Source of the DNA: Neoechinorhynchus agilis
Lineage: Eukaryota > Animalia > Acanthocephala
NCBI GenBank assembly: GCA_051530055.1
Contig: CM121341.1
Coordinates: 6,860,784-6,924,783 of the forward strand
Reading direction: 5' to 3'
DNA length: 64,000 nt
Shown: positions 33,687 through 45,370 of the stretch, in pieces
Layout of the letters: each line of letters opens with the position of its first letter
Numbering within the stretch: position 1 is the stretch's first letter
Position numbers and translations under genes: made by a program
The notes under the pieces: model-generated
Database searches by the model: none
What the model saw: only the letters and a program-made list of their open reading frames with translations
What the model was told of the DNA's origin: nothing

Positions 33687-35768
33687 GTGTTATTACTAAC
33701 GAAACGAGTGTTTAACAAACGCGTAGCAGCAGCTCCGGTTTTGCAACATTCAATGCTTAAAAAGAGATGGTCCCAAAGTGCTGATCGTGGAACGAGAAAG
33801 CACTCATTCCCAATTCAAACTCAAAAATTACGTCAAAGATTCAGAGAAATCTTTTTAAGGAGTAAAAAACATCCCATTGTTGAAGAGGATCGGTTACCGA
33901 ATGCCGTAATGCGGCGGTCATGTTCACGCCAAAAGCCACCTCAATACCGCATACTCTACTCATCAGCAGTTGATGAATTTCCCAATGAGATTGTAAAAAT
34001 CGGTCGAGCAAATTCTATGAAATGTGAGCAGATATTCACGCAAGCCGTCAGAAATGAGTCCATTTCATCACTCGATCTAACAGCAAAGGAATCTTCTGTA
34101 ATTCCGTTTTCTAGGGTTAAGAGTTGTGCTCTGGAGATTGATGCTGAGCCACAGATTAAATTATCGTGTAAAGATGATCGTATGTTTATACTCCGTGAAG
34201 TTCTGGATAAAGAAAGATTGTACGTAACATTTCTCAAGAGTGTTTTGGAAGTTTTGCCTCCCAATAGTGAACAATACCTTCCGAGCATTCCGCCGATACA
34301 ACTAAAAGTTGTTACAAAGTCCGTTGAAAGGATTCTCCGATTGCATCGAGACATCATTTTGCCGCGAGTGGAACAGGTTATCCATCAATGGCCAAATGGA
34401 CCATGTCCATGGGCACCACTCGATAGGATTAGAAACTGTTTGGACGATTATGCGTGTTATTATGGGAACTTTCAACATATTCGGCGTTAAAGATGGATCA
34501 CGCTAATAAAAGGGTTTTTTCTTAAGACGTGATTCATCGCATATATAGAGAAATCGGATTCGCCGAGTTCGCTTGGTCATAATATTCTGTTACCGGTACA
34601 ACAGTTACCTCGATATCGCCTTCATATGAATCGATACATGAAGAACTTAAAGGTTGCTCAGATCGCCGAGAAGGTTCCTATGCATGAAATTGATCGAATC
34701 AAAGGTATATACGACCGATTGGATGTATTGGGCAGGTTGTCGAGGTCCGGGTTGTCTTTCAATCGATTTTTTGCGCTACTGTGAACGGCTTTTTTCGCTA
34801 TCAAAAATTTCCCAAGTATTTCTCATCCTCAGTAGACTAGTCTACCTGCCTCTAAATATCAGAGAACTGAATGAAATCGTCGGTCCCACTCTCGGAGAGA
34901 TCATTAATCTCCAAGAGCGTCTTAGCAGCCAGTTACTAGTGATTCAAACAGATAGAAAACTGCTGAAACATGGATTTGTGTTAAAACTAAACGCTCGGAA
35001 CACGGAATGTGTGGTACGCTATATCATTCTTTGCAACGACTGTTTCGTTGTTTGTAGTACAACGATGTCTCCAGCATTACCGGAAAGGGTATCTGATGAA
35101 CACAAATCGATTCTGGGGACTGCAGACATGACAGCACCGCTTTACGTCCGTCGATACTTCGATCTTAACGCCAGCAATTTAATATACATTAGTGAATGCC
35201 GAGAGAACGACGGTAGTGTAAGTCCTGGTATTGATTTGGGTACAAAACAAGAGTTCGATTTTTCTCATTTTCTCAAGAAGAGAAATCAGCTCGTAGATCA
35301 TTTCGAATTTGGTTCAAATCGAGAGTGATAGATCTACAGGCCACAAGTGCACAGGAGGCGGCTGATTGGATAAAGAAATTTAGTGAGCAAACCAATGCCG
35401 AAGTTATTGTTTTAAAAGGACAGCAAGCACCACTTTCGTGTGATATTTTGGGACTCCGAGCTCCAGTATGGCATCGGGATCATACGGCTTTGGCTTGTAC
35501 ATTGTGCTCTCGGCGATTTAATGTGTTATTCCGAAGACATCATTGCCGGGTCTGTGGTGCTGTAGTTTGTACATTGTGTTCACGGAACAGGACGAAACTC
35601 ATGTATTTAAGAGAAGAAAATCCAACGGGACTGCCAGAATATACGGACGACCCCCACAGAGTATGCAATGCATGTTATTTCTATTTATTTCATGGATTTA
35701 CTTGGATCAGGACTAGTACTTTTATAGAGAAAATGAACGAGCGACCTGTTACTTACGCATCATTTTAA
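33687..35768 (+). CDS. FGD-family Cdc42 GEF (DH-PH-FYVE); broken by indels/introns
   Basis: EVLDKERLYVTFLK and LLPVQQLPRYRL (DH); LLKHGFVLK..RYIILCND (PH); WHRDHTALACTLCSRRFNVLFRRHHCRVCGAVVCTLCS..RVCNAC (FYVE). Confidence 0.88.
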
Positions 35769-36697
35769 AAAATATGGAAATAATCTTGAGATAATAAATG
35801 GGAGATTAAATCGGGTTTGTATGGACAATCTAATCGAAATCGAGTAAGATGCGAACGATGACTCGCAAAAATAAATGAGATTTTATAGTTCCGTTTGTGT
35901 GCAAAATGAAATATGGAAATATTTTTCAACCAAACCTATTAAAGAGCCAAAGGGTATCCGAAAGTGGCGTTTGAACAACAAAAAATTGAGGGATTTTTTA
36001 TTAATGGATGGCATTATTTGAAAATTCCATAATCCATCTCTCTTATTTGAATTGTTTAAAGATGTTTACATTGAAACTGGGACATCAATAAGGGGATTCG
36101 ATCATCTCCCGTAGGATTTAGCCAAGTATTGATAAATCCAGGTATTTTTTTCTCAAAATCAGCAATCATTGAACTCCAAAAAAAATCTGATTTCAGAGCA
36201 ATAAAAAATCGATAATTGATAGTTATCGCAAATTGGTAAGAATGTTTTAGAGTTTTACGGCGACCTTTAAAGAGCCAAAGGGTATCCGAAAGTGGCGTTT
36301 GAACAACAAAAATTGGGGTTTTTTTTTGGTGGTTTTGTTTTTTTTTTTTGTTGTTTGTTTTTGTGGGTTGTGTTTGGTTTGGTTTTGGTTTTTTTTGTTT
36401 GTTTGGTTCGATAATTGATAGTTATCGCAAATTGGTAAGAATGTTTTAGAGTTTTACGGCGACCTTTAAAGAGCCAAAGGGTATCCGAAAGTGGCGTTTG
36501 AACAACAAAATACGGAAATTTGAGAGATTTTAAGGAGTTTTTCAATAGAACTGACGGAATTTGCGAGAACGGCATAAAAATTTTGACTTCAGAGCAATAA
36601 AAAATCGATAATCGATAGTTATCTCAACTGAAAGAGAAAGAATTGTTTCTTGCTGCTTGGGTGAAATGCTAAATAATCTTGGTGTTTTTTTTGAAAT

Positions 36698-37006
36698 ATG
36701 GCAAAACGAAAGGGCAGGAGATTATCTTCTTCTCGTAATATCATAAGCGAAGAACTTTGTAAAGATCTGGACGGGTACGACGATTGCAATAAGTTCATTT
36801 TAGAGGACAAAAAGAAGAAAGGATCCAAAAAAGTTGAGAAAAATTCAACGAAAACGAAGATTTTGTCAAACAAGGCAAAGAAGCGTCTACAGAAGATTGT
36901 CGATAAGAAAAAAAAGAAGATTGATCGACAAAGTGTTCTTGAAAAACTCCAAAAGTTTAGGCTTACGCCCGAGCAGCGGGAACGTCTTTACGGTTCAAAT
37001 GAATAA
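36698..37006 (+). pseudogene. DHX37: Orphan N-terminal fragment of DEAH helicase DHX37/kurz
   Basis: DDCNKFILEDKKKK..LSNKAKKRLQKIVDKKKKKIDRQSVLEKL resembles the DHX37/kurz N-terminus; no helicase core follows. Confidence 0.65.
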
Positions 37007-37084
37007 ACGAAATTTCCCAATAAATCCAGTAAGAACGCCATTGTGTTTCTCGGGGTTTTACAATAATAAAGCACAAAACGTGCA

Positions 37085-37690
37085 ATCATCACCGTCCGCA
37101 AAATCTTAGCTTCTCTCCTTCGTCGACCGTCGCCATCAGGCTGGCAGCATTGCTTCGTTGTACTGCCAGCGCGATATTTTGTCGAAGGAATACACCTGCT
37201 CGTGCGTCGTCGGTCGTTTCTCTCAATTTCTTCGAGAGATCCTGAGTGAGTGCCGAGCTGCCAAGCGCTCAATACTTCTCTACTCCGAAGGGGACAAAAT
37301 AGTGGGTCCTTGCTAATTCTCTATATTTTCGTACCTTCCTCCCTTCTGCTGCACCTCCAGCGATTTCGAGAGAGTAGGGAATGTTGCTTACTGCGAGGGT
37401 GTCCCAGAGAAGGCATTTGCCCTCCCGCCACGTAAAGACCGAAATTCCGTCAGGTCGAACGGCTGTCTAGTCGACAAAGATGGGCGGGTTCCGAGATGTT
37501 CAGAAAGTTCGCCGTTCTCAACGCCCGAGAAATTACGCTTTTGATATCAGAATGGCGTGAGAACCTTCCTCCTGACTTTCGGCAAACGAGACCGTGTCGC
37601 CCGAAACCCACATCGACAGCGATGGGGCGTGCATATCGGCAGACCAAGTCTTAAGGATACTGCGATCATCGTTACCTCATCAGTAAGAAG
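37085..37690 (-). mobile_element. CRE-clade retrotransposon 3' fragment (CCHC zinc knuckle + RLE)
   Basis: IAVSLRLGLPICTPHRCRCG..GRHGLVCRKSGGRFSRHSDIKSVISRAL..PDGISVFTWREGKCLLWD..FVPFGVE. Confidence 0.85.
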
Positions 37691-37984
37691 AGTTCCCACA
37701 GATGCCAGAGGAACAGCCTCCAACCACGCCCCGATTAGCGTTTTTTTAATTTTAAAAACTTTTTAAACAGCTCAAGATCAAAATTTGCGTCTCTAGTGAC
37801 TTTTTAAACAAAGAAAATCCAAGACTTTGGACTAAATTGATTTTTAGCGCTCAAAGGCGCCTTTGGTTTTTTCTAAAATGTTCGTCTAATCGATCACATT
37901 GCTTCGGTCGATATAACGACATTTATTATTATCGTTTGAACAACTTTTAACGTCATCACGAGGCCATTGTACTGACAAGAACTT

Positions 37985-40900
37985 CTAGATAACTCCATTA
38001 ATTGGACTAAGCTCAATATTACCGCCTTCGTGTTCCTTCACAGAACTCAAATGAATTAAATTTCCAACGTCTCGTATTAATTCAGCGAGCGCTGCGTAGA
38101 ACTCTCCATCACGGCCTTTGTAATTGAGATTCTTCACAGCATCATAAAACGTAGCAAAGGTTTTTTTCAATTGACTCACATCTCCGTCGAATTTTAAATC
38201 CTCAACGAACTTTGTACATTCACACTGAAACACGTCTGGATCAAGCAGGATCAATAAAAGAAATGCATCGTGAATGCATGCCATCATGAATGAGTGCTCA
38301 AAAATTATAATGTTTAGCATTGTTTGAAGCAGATCATTGAAGACTTTTCGATTCTCAGCTAAATTGGTCATTAGATTCTCGAAATTCGTCCGATCTATGC
38401 GTTTGTCACTGTAAAGTTCAAAAGCGGCGTTTAGAATCGCTGAAATCACATTGGAGCTCATTGTAACAATGTTGGAGTTGAGCGATGTGATTCCGAGTTT
38501 TAATGTAGTAAGAAGATAAACGAATGGTTCAAGAGAAAGGCCAGTGAGAATTTCAATGTTAAAAGCGCTTATGGACTTCATGAGATCGAAATAAGCGTCA
38601 TTGAGTTTTGAGTAGTCCATGATTATCAGAGGATCTATCGATAGAATCAGTAGGAAGACGGAATCGAACATGAGATCGGCGAGCGGATCGCCGTACGCTC
38701 TTAGAACACCCATATCAATCATATCAGATTTAAGCATATTAGAAATGATTCGAAGACATCTAATGACTCCTTTTAGTTTAATAGAATAAAGATCATCTCC
38801 ACTGATTGCGTGATCGGTTTGCCTCTTATAATTGGCAAACATTGTCCGAACATTTTTACCATACAAACAAACAGCCCGCGATGTCGATCGGAAAATAGTG
38901 ATCTTCAAAGCCGAATCTTTACCGGCAACAACTCGTGTTCCTTTCGAAGCGGTAAGTTCTTCAAAGATTTTCAGAATAGGAGCACTCACATTTCGTTTAG
39001 AATAATTATGATCAAGAATGTCTATTAGAAGAGCTATTCGGTTTTCGTTTATTAAATACCGGCAAATGATAGAAAAGGGAAGTCTTGTGGTCATAACAGA
39101 GATAAGACCGTATAAATCACGAGACACTCCAATGGCGGTTGAGCAAACCTCGTTATCGGTTTTTCCTTTGTCTAACCAACTTCGAAGACGGTCGAAGCTT
39201 TTATCCAAAATAAGATGAAGATTTCTATTGAACTCTAGCTCGTTATCGGTCGTTTCCAATCTTTTACACATCGCATGCCCAATCGCTTGATAGAACTTTG
39301 ATCGACTGTGCATTATATTGTTTGTTTGTTGATGCTGAAGTACAGGGAATGTATCAGGTCCGAAAAGGTCGTCATATCGTTCCTCCAATGCCGTGATGCA
39401 GGCATGTGAAGTCACTTGTCCTAAAACACCTTCCAGCAAAAGATCGAGAGTAGCGTCGGTAACTGCGAATGATTGGTGGCACCAAGAAATGTTATACATG
39501 ATTGTGTGAAATATCACCATCACCAATTCAGTTTCATCTTTTATTTGAACTTCTTTAGACAATTCTCGGTATATTCTGGACATCTGGGGGTATCGAAAGT
39601 TAATAAACTCTTCTTCAATTGTTTTAAAGCACAGTAGCAACGGAACAGACAAACGTTCACCTATACTAAGCACTTGTTGGAAATCGAATGAAGACGATCG
39701 ATTGGCAGTATCTAAAACGAACTGGATCAGATTTGGCATTCTTAGGCATCTTGTGATTGATTTTGCGTATGTTAAACCGCGTTCCTTGTAGAAGGCTGTC
39801 GATATTGGTGCGGAGAATTTGAGCAATACATTAATCGTATGAAGGACGAATGCCATTTGAGAGTGTTTAGTAAACGCGTCGATATTAGATGATCCTGCTT
39901 CACCCATAATTGATTGATAAAGCCGATCGAATATTCCAAAAACATGGTTATGGAATTCGACCATGCATACGTCGTCAACCACTTGGCCGAGACACTGAAG
40001 CATCTGATCCAGACTCTGGGTATCTTCAAGTGGGTTCTCTATTCCGGCGGTCAAACAAACAGACGTTATATAAAAATGTCGATATGTGAGATACCGGGGG
40101 CTATATGATTCGAAGAATTATTGTTTAGAAGTCTTCATCGCTCGGTAAATGATTATTTGGACTAAAAAGACGTTCTACGAACCTCGTGTCGGCTTCCATG
40201 ATCAGTTTGTTGATGAATCCGACACGAGGTTCGCAGAACGTCTAATTCCAAACGGGAGAAGAATATCAAAAGATAGGAGCCATACGAGACAACTAAGATC
40301 TTTTGGGATGACTGATTTAGTGGAGCCTTCTCTTTTGAAATATTTGAATAACCAAAACCAACGATTTTCTCTCGATGATTTTGTAGGTAATATCAAAAAG
40401 AGCAGGTCAACACGAAGAATTCTCGCTCCGTAAAACACATTTATTTCTAGCGTTTGCTAAACTTTAAATTCTTTGCGAACAAATGAAACAACTCGGGGGA
40501 AAATGTTGGAATTATCCGAGAGAGGTAAAATGTCGAGGAAACATAGATTAGTGAATCCCCAAGGTGGCAAAACGAAGAAAAAGAAAGTATCTTTTCCTTA
40601 TGATGATACTAATCCAAGACAATCAAACAATGTGATTATGACGAACGTTCGACTTATTTTCTTCTCTAAGGCTAAATCATTGACTAAAAGTGGAACCCCC
40701 AAAAACTAGCATTGCCCAAATGTGACCGTCGAATTAATCCATCTCTAGCAGCAAGACCGATGTAGTTGAGACGTGAATCGACAAATGTTTGCACCACGCA
40801 AATCACAAATCGTGGAATATCACTCAGCCCATCTTTTGCTTGTGAGTTCACATAAATCCTAGACAACGGCTTCCAAATGCTCAAAGCAAGTAGAAGATTA

Positions 40901-43222
40901 TTGCTTGACGATTGCATGGTTTGTATTCCAAATATAGAAAACTCAGCCAGTTGAACAACAAAGTCATTAGTTTCGCCCGTCTCATTTGAGATAAGTGGTT
41001 TTTCAACACACTTCGAAGATGCTATTATTTGAGCGAGTCCGTAATAGAAGTGTTGAGAAGCAATGAGATGTTTGAAATTAGCGAGCAGATTCCGTACACC
41101 AGTCCTAAACTCTGAAATGAATAATTCTTGCTCGGTTGGAATCCGAGATGTGGTCCGCACCGACGCAAATAACGCGAGTACCGATAAACAGGTTTCCGAG
41201 AGGGAACATGCCTTTACAACTATATTGAACAAAGCACGAATAGTGTCTCTTCGATAAACTTCATCATAAATCTCACAAACACTTCCTCCAAAAGTGGTTA
41301 GGTTAATATTTTCAGTCAGGTTTTCGTTAGAACATTTGTTTTCGTCTTGAACCAAACATTCTCTGCATAAAAATAAAGAACGTTCAACTAAAGACAGCTT
41401 TTCATTTGTGGACATTTCGTTCATTAAGAGGTCGTCACTAAAGGATCGTATTAGTCCAGTAGACAATTTGAGCATAGAAAGCATGTATTGACGCCGGAAA
41501 TCACGGCTTACCAGTATAATCGATGATTTAACTATAGCATTTTCAGCCTAAAATGTGAACAAATGGGGCTAATAGATTTAAAAAGTCGTGTAAACGATAT
41601 CGAAAAATATAGACGAATGCGGCGCGGAAACTTTTCCCCTTAATTTTATTGACAGCCACTAAAGCAGCTCGTAAAACAGCACCGGGCGGTGCGGTTGGTG
41701 CAGGTGTATCTGGAGCTGCAGGACAAAAGAAACCCCATAGGTTCCGCCCAGGAACGGTTGCATTGCGTGAGATTAGACACTACCAGAAATCGACCAAACT
41801 ATTGATTCGGAAGCTACTAAAAAAGCGTGGTTATTCACAAAGTGCCAACGAGTTTTTGTTTGAAAAGGTGAAATAAACTTTAAAGTTTCGAAAGGCGATA
41901 TGAAATATCATATGTTAAATTTAGACTTGTGGCGAATATAACTTACAAGCAATGATTGAGAAGGCGAGGTTTCCTCTTTCGAAATATTTTCTAATAATGA
42001 AATGATTTTTAATTGAGTGATTATCTTCACCACACAAGTCAAAATGATATGAAATAGTTTTAAAATATCATCGACTCCTCATTCTCCGTAAATATTTCCG
42101 TTAAGAGCTGATTCACCAAAGTCTTCAATGCAGCTTAAGAGCTCAGTTGATGGCTTAAAGCGCCCAATGGAATAAGCTTTAAAGTTTCGTAAGGACTTGA
42201 GGTGATATGAAATAGTTTCAAACTATCATCGACTCCTCATTCTCCGTAAATATTTCAGTTAAGAGCTGATTCACAAAAGTCTTCAATGCAGCTTAAGAGC
42301 TTAGTTGATGGCTTAAAGCGCCCAATGGAATAAACTTTAAAGTTTCGTAAGGACTTGAAATGATATGAAATAGTAGCTTTCACATTTGAGGTTCGAAAAT
42401 ATCTTTATTAAGAGCAGAATAAGTTTTATAGTTCAATGAAAAAACGATTCAATACAGTATTAGAGCTTAGCTGATGGTTTAAAGCACAACTTAGAGTCTA
42501 GATCAAAAGGATTTACATAATTTATTTTACCTTAATCGATACTGTCCCAAGTGTTGTGCATATATTAGTGAGCAAAACCACATAGTTATTCTGCTGATTG
42601 ACATTGGCCTTTATTCGACATTAAAAGATACAATTAAGATACATAAAAAGTATACAGACTTACAATTTCATCGAACTGAGACATATTGTCCAACGTATCA
42701 CGCATTATATATTGACCATCTACTTTAAGGAACCAGAATTTTTGAACGAGCAATGCATAAGCCTAAAGAGAAAAATTAAAAGACAAGACACTAAACCGAT
42801 ACTAACCTTAGCAAGTTGATTTTTAATGTTAAGATCAATCTTTTCTTGTCCAAACAAGGCTTCGAGGAGTTTAGTTTCTAGCGAGAATTTCAACGGCAAT
42901 TTAAATTTCGAAGTCACTCACTGTGATCTTTTATCTCGGTCGGCGATAACGAAGAGGTCGCTCGCTCATATGACTTTGCGAGGGCAAGTCCTCCAAGATA
43001 TATCGAGTACGGACTCTATTTTGAAAGAAAACTTAAAAACAAAAGGAAAAATATACTCACATGTGCACGTTGAAGGAGTTCTAAGGATTGATTGACACAA
43101 GAGGAACTGTTCAAAAAGGCTTCTAGTTGAGCATTGGTTGAGGCAGCTGTTCCAGGTTGTGAGGTTCCTACACCACCAAAGAAATCTAGACTGAGTTTCT
43201 CAATCTGAACTAGATTTTGCAT
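37985..43222 (-). CDS. XPO7: Exportin-7 / RanBP17 family (multi-exon)
   Basis: [27 protein letters not shown]; ENPLEDT; [10 protein letters not shown]; IGVSRDLYG; KLKGVIRC; [11 protein letters not shown]; [11 protein letters not shown], all matching XPO7 motifs. Confidence 0.85.
41656..41816 (+). pseudogene. Histone H3 variant exon fragment nested antisense in an XPO7 intron
   Basis: Acceptor ttattgacag then (A)[53 protein letters not shown]; homology stops before the histone fold. Confidence 0.8.
42045..42375 (+). repeat. ~157-bp tandem repeat (2+ units) in XPO7 intron
   Basis: tgatatgaaatagtt..atcatcgactcctcattctccgtaaatattt..gcgcccaatggaataa repeated at ~42046, ~42203 and ~42361. Confidence 0.8.
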
Positions 43223-43817
43223 GGAATTGTCCGATAAATTAAATCTGAAGTTTTAAGATATTAGCGAAAAGTAAACAATCGGTTATGAAACGCTGCTGGC
43301 ATTAAATGTAAAATTCTAGCAAGCCGGTTCCCAGTAATCCATGGAACAATTTACTTTTGGTAGTTGACAATTTATCAATTAATCTCAGTTATACGTTCAA
43401 AAAAAAGGATATGAAGCTACATTGAAAAAGTGTACTCTCTTTTTTGTTTGGTGATTGAGAAAAAAAAGATTAATCTATTGATCCCATTTTTCATACAATA
43501 TTTCGTACTTCTTCAGGCCTAAAAAGGTAGGGACAAACGAAATATTGTGTGAAAAAGGGAATCAATAAATTAATCTTTAGTTCATTGAAGTGTCCAAAAG
43601 CGATGAACTTCTTTATTCTACGTTTTTAGTTCGAACACTTCATTGATTTTCAGGATTTAAATTCAAGCGTCGATGACTCGAGAGATTACTTGTGTGGAAT
43701 GCAAGAATATATGAAAATTCTTGATGTTTTTGGGTCACTAAATCACGAGAACTTTGTGCTTTTCGTCCATTTTTTTATTTTAAAGCCTCATTTTACCAAG
43801 GGATCCACTCTTAAGGG

Positions 43818-44523
43818 CCATTAATTATGAACTTTTCACGAGTTCTCAACAAAAAAAATCGACCAGAGTTCACTCAAACAATTAAAAGTGTATTGTTCAA
43901 ATTAATCTCGAGTGTCAAGGACCTTTTAACTTGAGATCTGAGACGATTGATAAAAAAGGTAAATTCTTCTTTTAAATGCGTTGCATGAAATTCGCAATAT
44001 CAGCAAATTAAATAAAAATATCGCTTTTAAAAACGTCGAAACTTCAAATCTAAAAAAACCTCCATTAATTATGAACTTTTCACGAGTTCTCAACAAAAAA
44101 AATCGACCAGAGTTCACTCAAACAATTAAAAGTGTATTGTTCAAATTAATCTCGAGTGTCAAGGACCTTTTAACTTGAGATCTGAGACGATTGATAAAAA
44201 AGGTAAATTCTTCTTTTAAATGCGTTGCATGAAATTCGCAATATCAGCAAATTAAATAAAAATATCGCTTTTAAAAACGTCGAAACTTCAAATCTAAAAA
44301 ACCTCCATTAATTATGAACTTTTCACGAGTTCTCAACAAAAAAAATCGACCAGAGTTCACTCAAACAATTAAAAGTGTATTGTTCAAATTAATCTCGAGT
44401 GTCAAGGACCTTTTAACTTGAAATCTGAGACGATTGATAAAAAAGGTAAATTCTTCTTTTAAATGCGTTGCATGAAATTCGCAATATTAGCAAATTAAAT
44501 AAAAATATCTCTTTTAAAAACGT
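43818..44523 (+). repeat. ~244-bp tandem array (~2.9 units)
   Basis: ccattaattatgaacttttcacgag at 43818, 44062 and 44305. Confidence 0.9.
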
Positions 44524-44667
44524 TTTCATTGTGTACGCATGAAAACGGACGATAAACTTGAAAAAAATAAACAATAATCGTTGAAAGCAATAATCGCAAG
44601 CACTAAGCTTCTTCCGTATCCCACGACCGTTCACGGGAACCGGATCAAATCATTGAAAAAACCCAGG

Positions 44668-45129
44668 ATGCGATCAGATCAACAAAGACCGGATTTTTAT
44701 CTGAGATATTACGTAGGTCATCGTGGACGGTTTGGTCACGAGTTTCTTGAGTTTGAATTCAGACCAGACGGTCGTCTCCGATACGCAAACAATTCCAATT
44801 ACCGTAACGATACTTTGATCCGAAAAGAGATGACTGTCAATGCTTGTATACTTGAAGAACTGGTTTCCATCATTGAGAAGAGTGGAATTCTGGACGAGGA
44901 TGATAGTCAATGGCCTATGCCGGATAGAGTTGGTCGACAGGAACTCGAGATTGTTCTTGGAAACGTTCATATTTCCTTCACAACCGGGAAAATCGGGTCG
45001 TTGGTCGATATCAATAAAAGTAAAGACCCAACTGGTCTTCAGGTTCTCTATTATCTCGTCCAGGATTTAAGAGCGCTCGTGTTTTCCATTATTAGCTTAC
45101 ACTTTAAAATCCTGCCAATCAGTCAATAA
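44668..45129 (+). CDS. MAGOH: Mago nashi (exon junction complex core), intronless
   Basis: [55 protein letters not shown]. Confidence 0.97.
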   Translation: MRSDQQRPDFYLRYYVGHRGRFGHEFLEFEFRPDGRLRYANNSNYRNDTLIRKEMTVNACILEELVSIIEKSGILDEDDSQWPMPDRVGRQELEIVLGNVHISFTTGKIGSLVDINKSKDPTGLQVLYYLVQDLRALVFSIISLHFKILPISQ

Positions 45130-45370
45130 AGAAGATGCGCGTCAATTTCCATTGGTCGGTTAATTACGTATTTTTTCGATTATATTGACCAAATATTCAA
45201 AAAAAACTAAGTATTTCTGAAGAATTCCCACTTAGAAGACGAAATATTAAGAAAATTAATTTACTTCCACAAAAAAAACAATTTAATGTAGAAGGCTTGT
45301 ATGTTAATTCACGTGATAAACTTGGGAGTTTATGTTTATTTGCGCAAAACTCAACAACTAAGACGAATAA

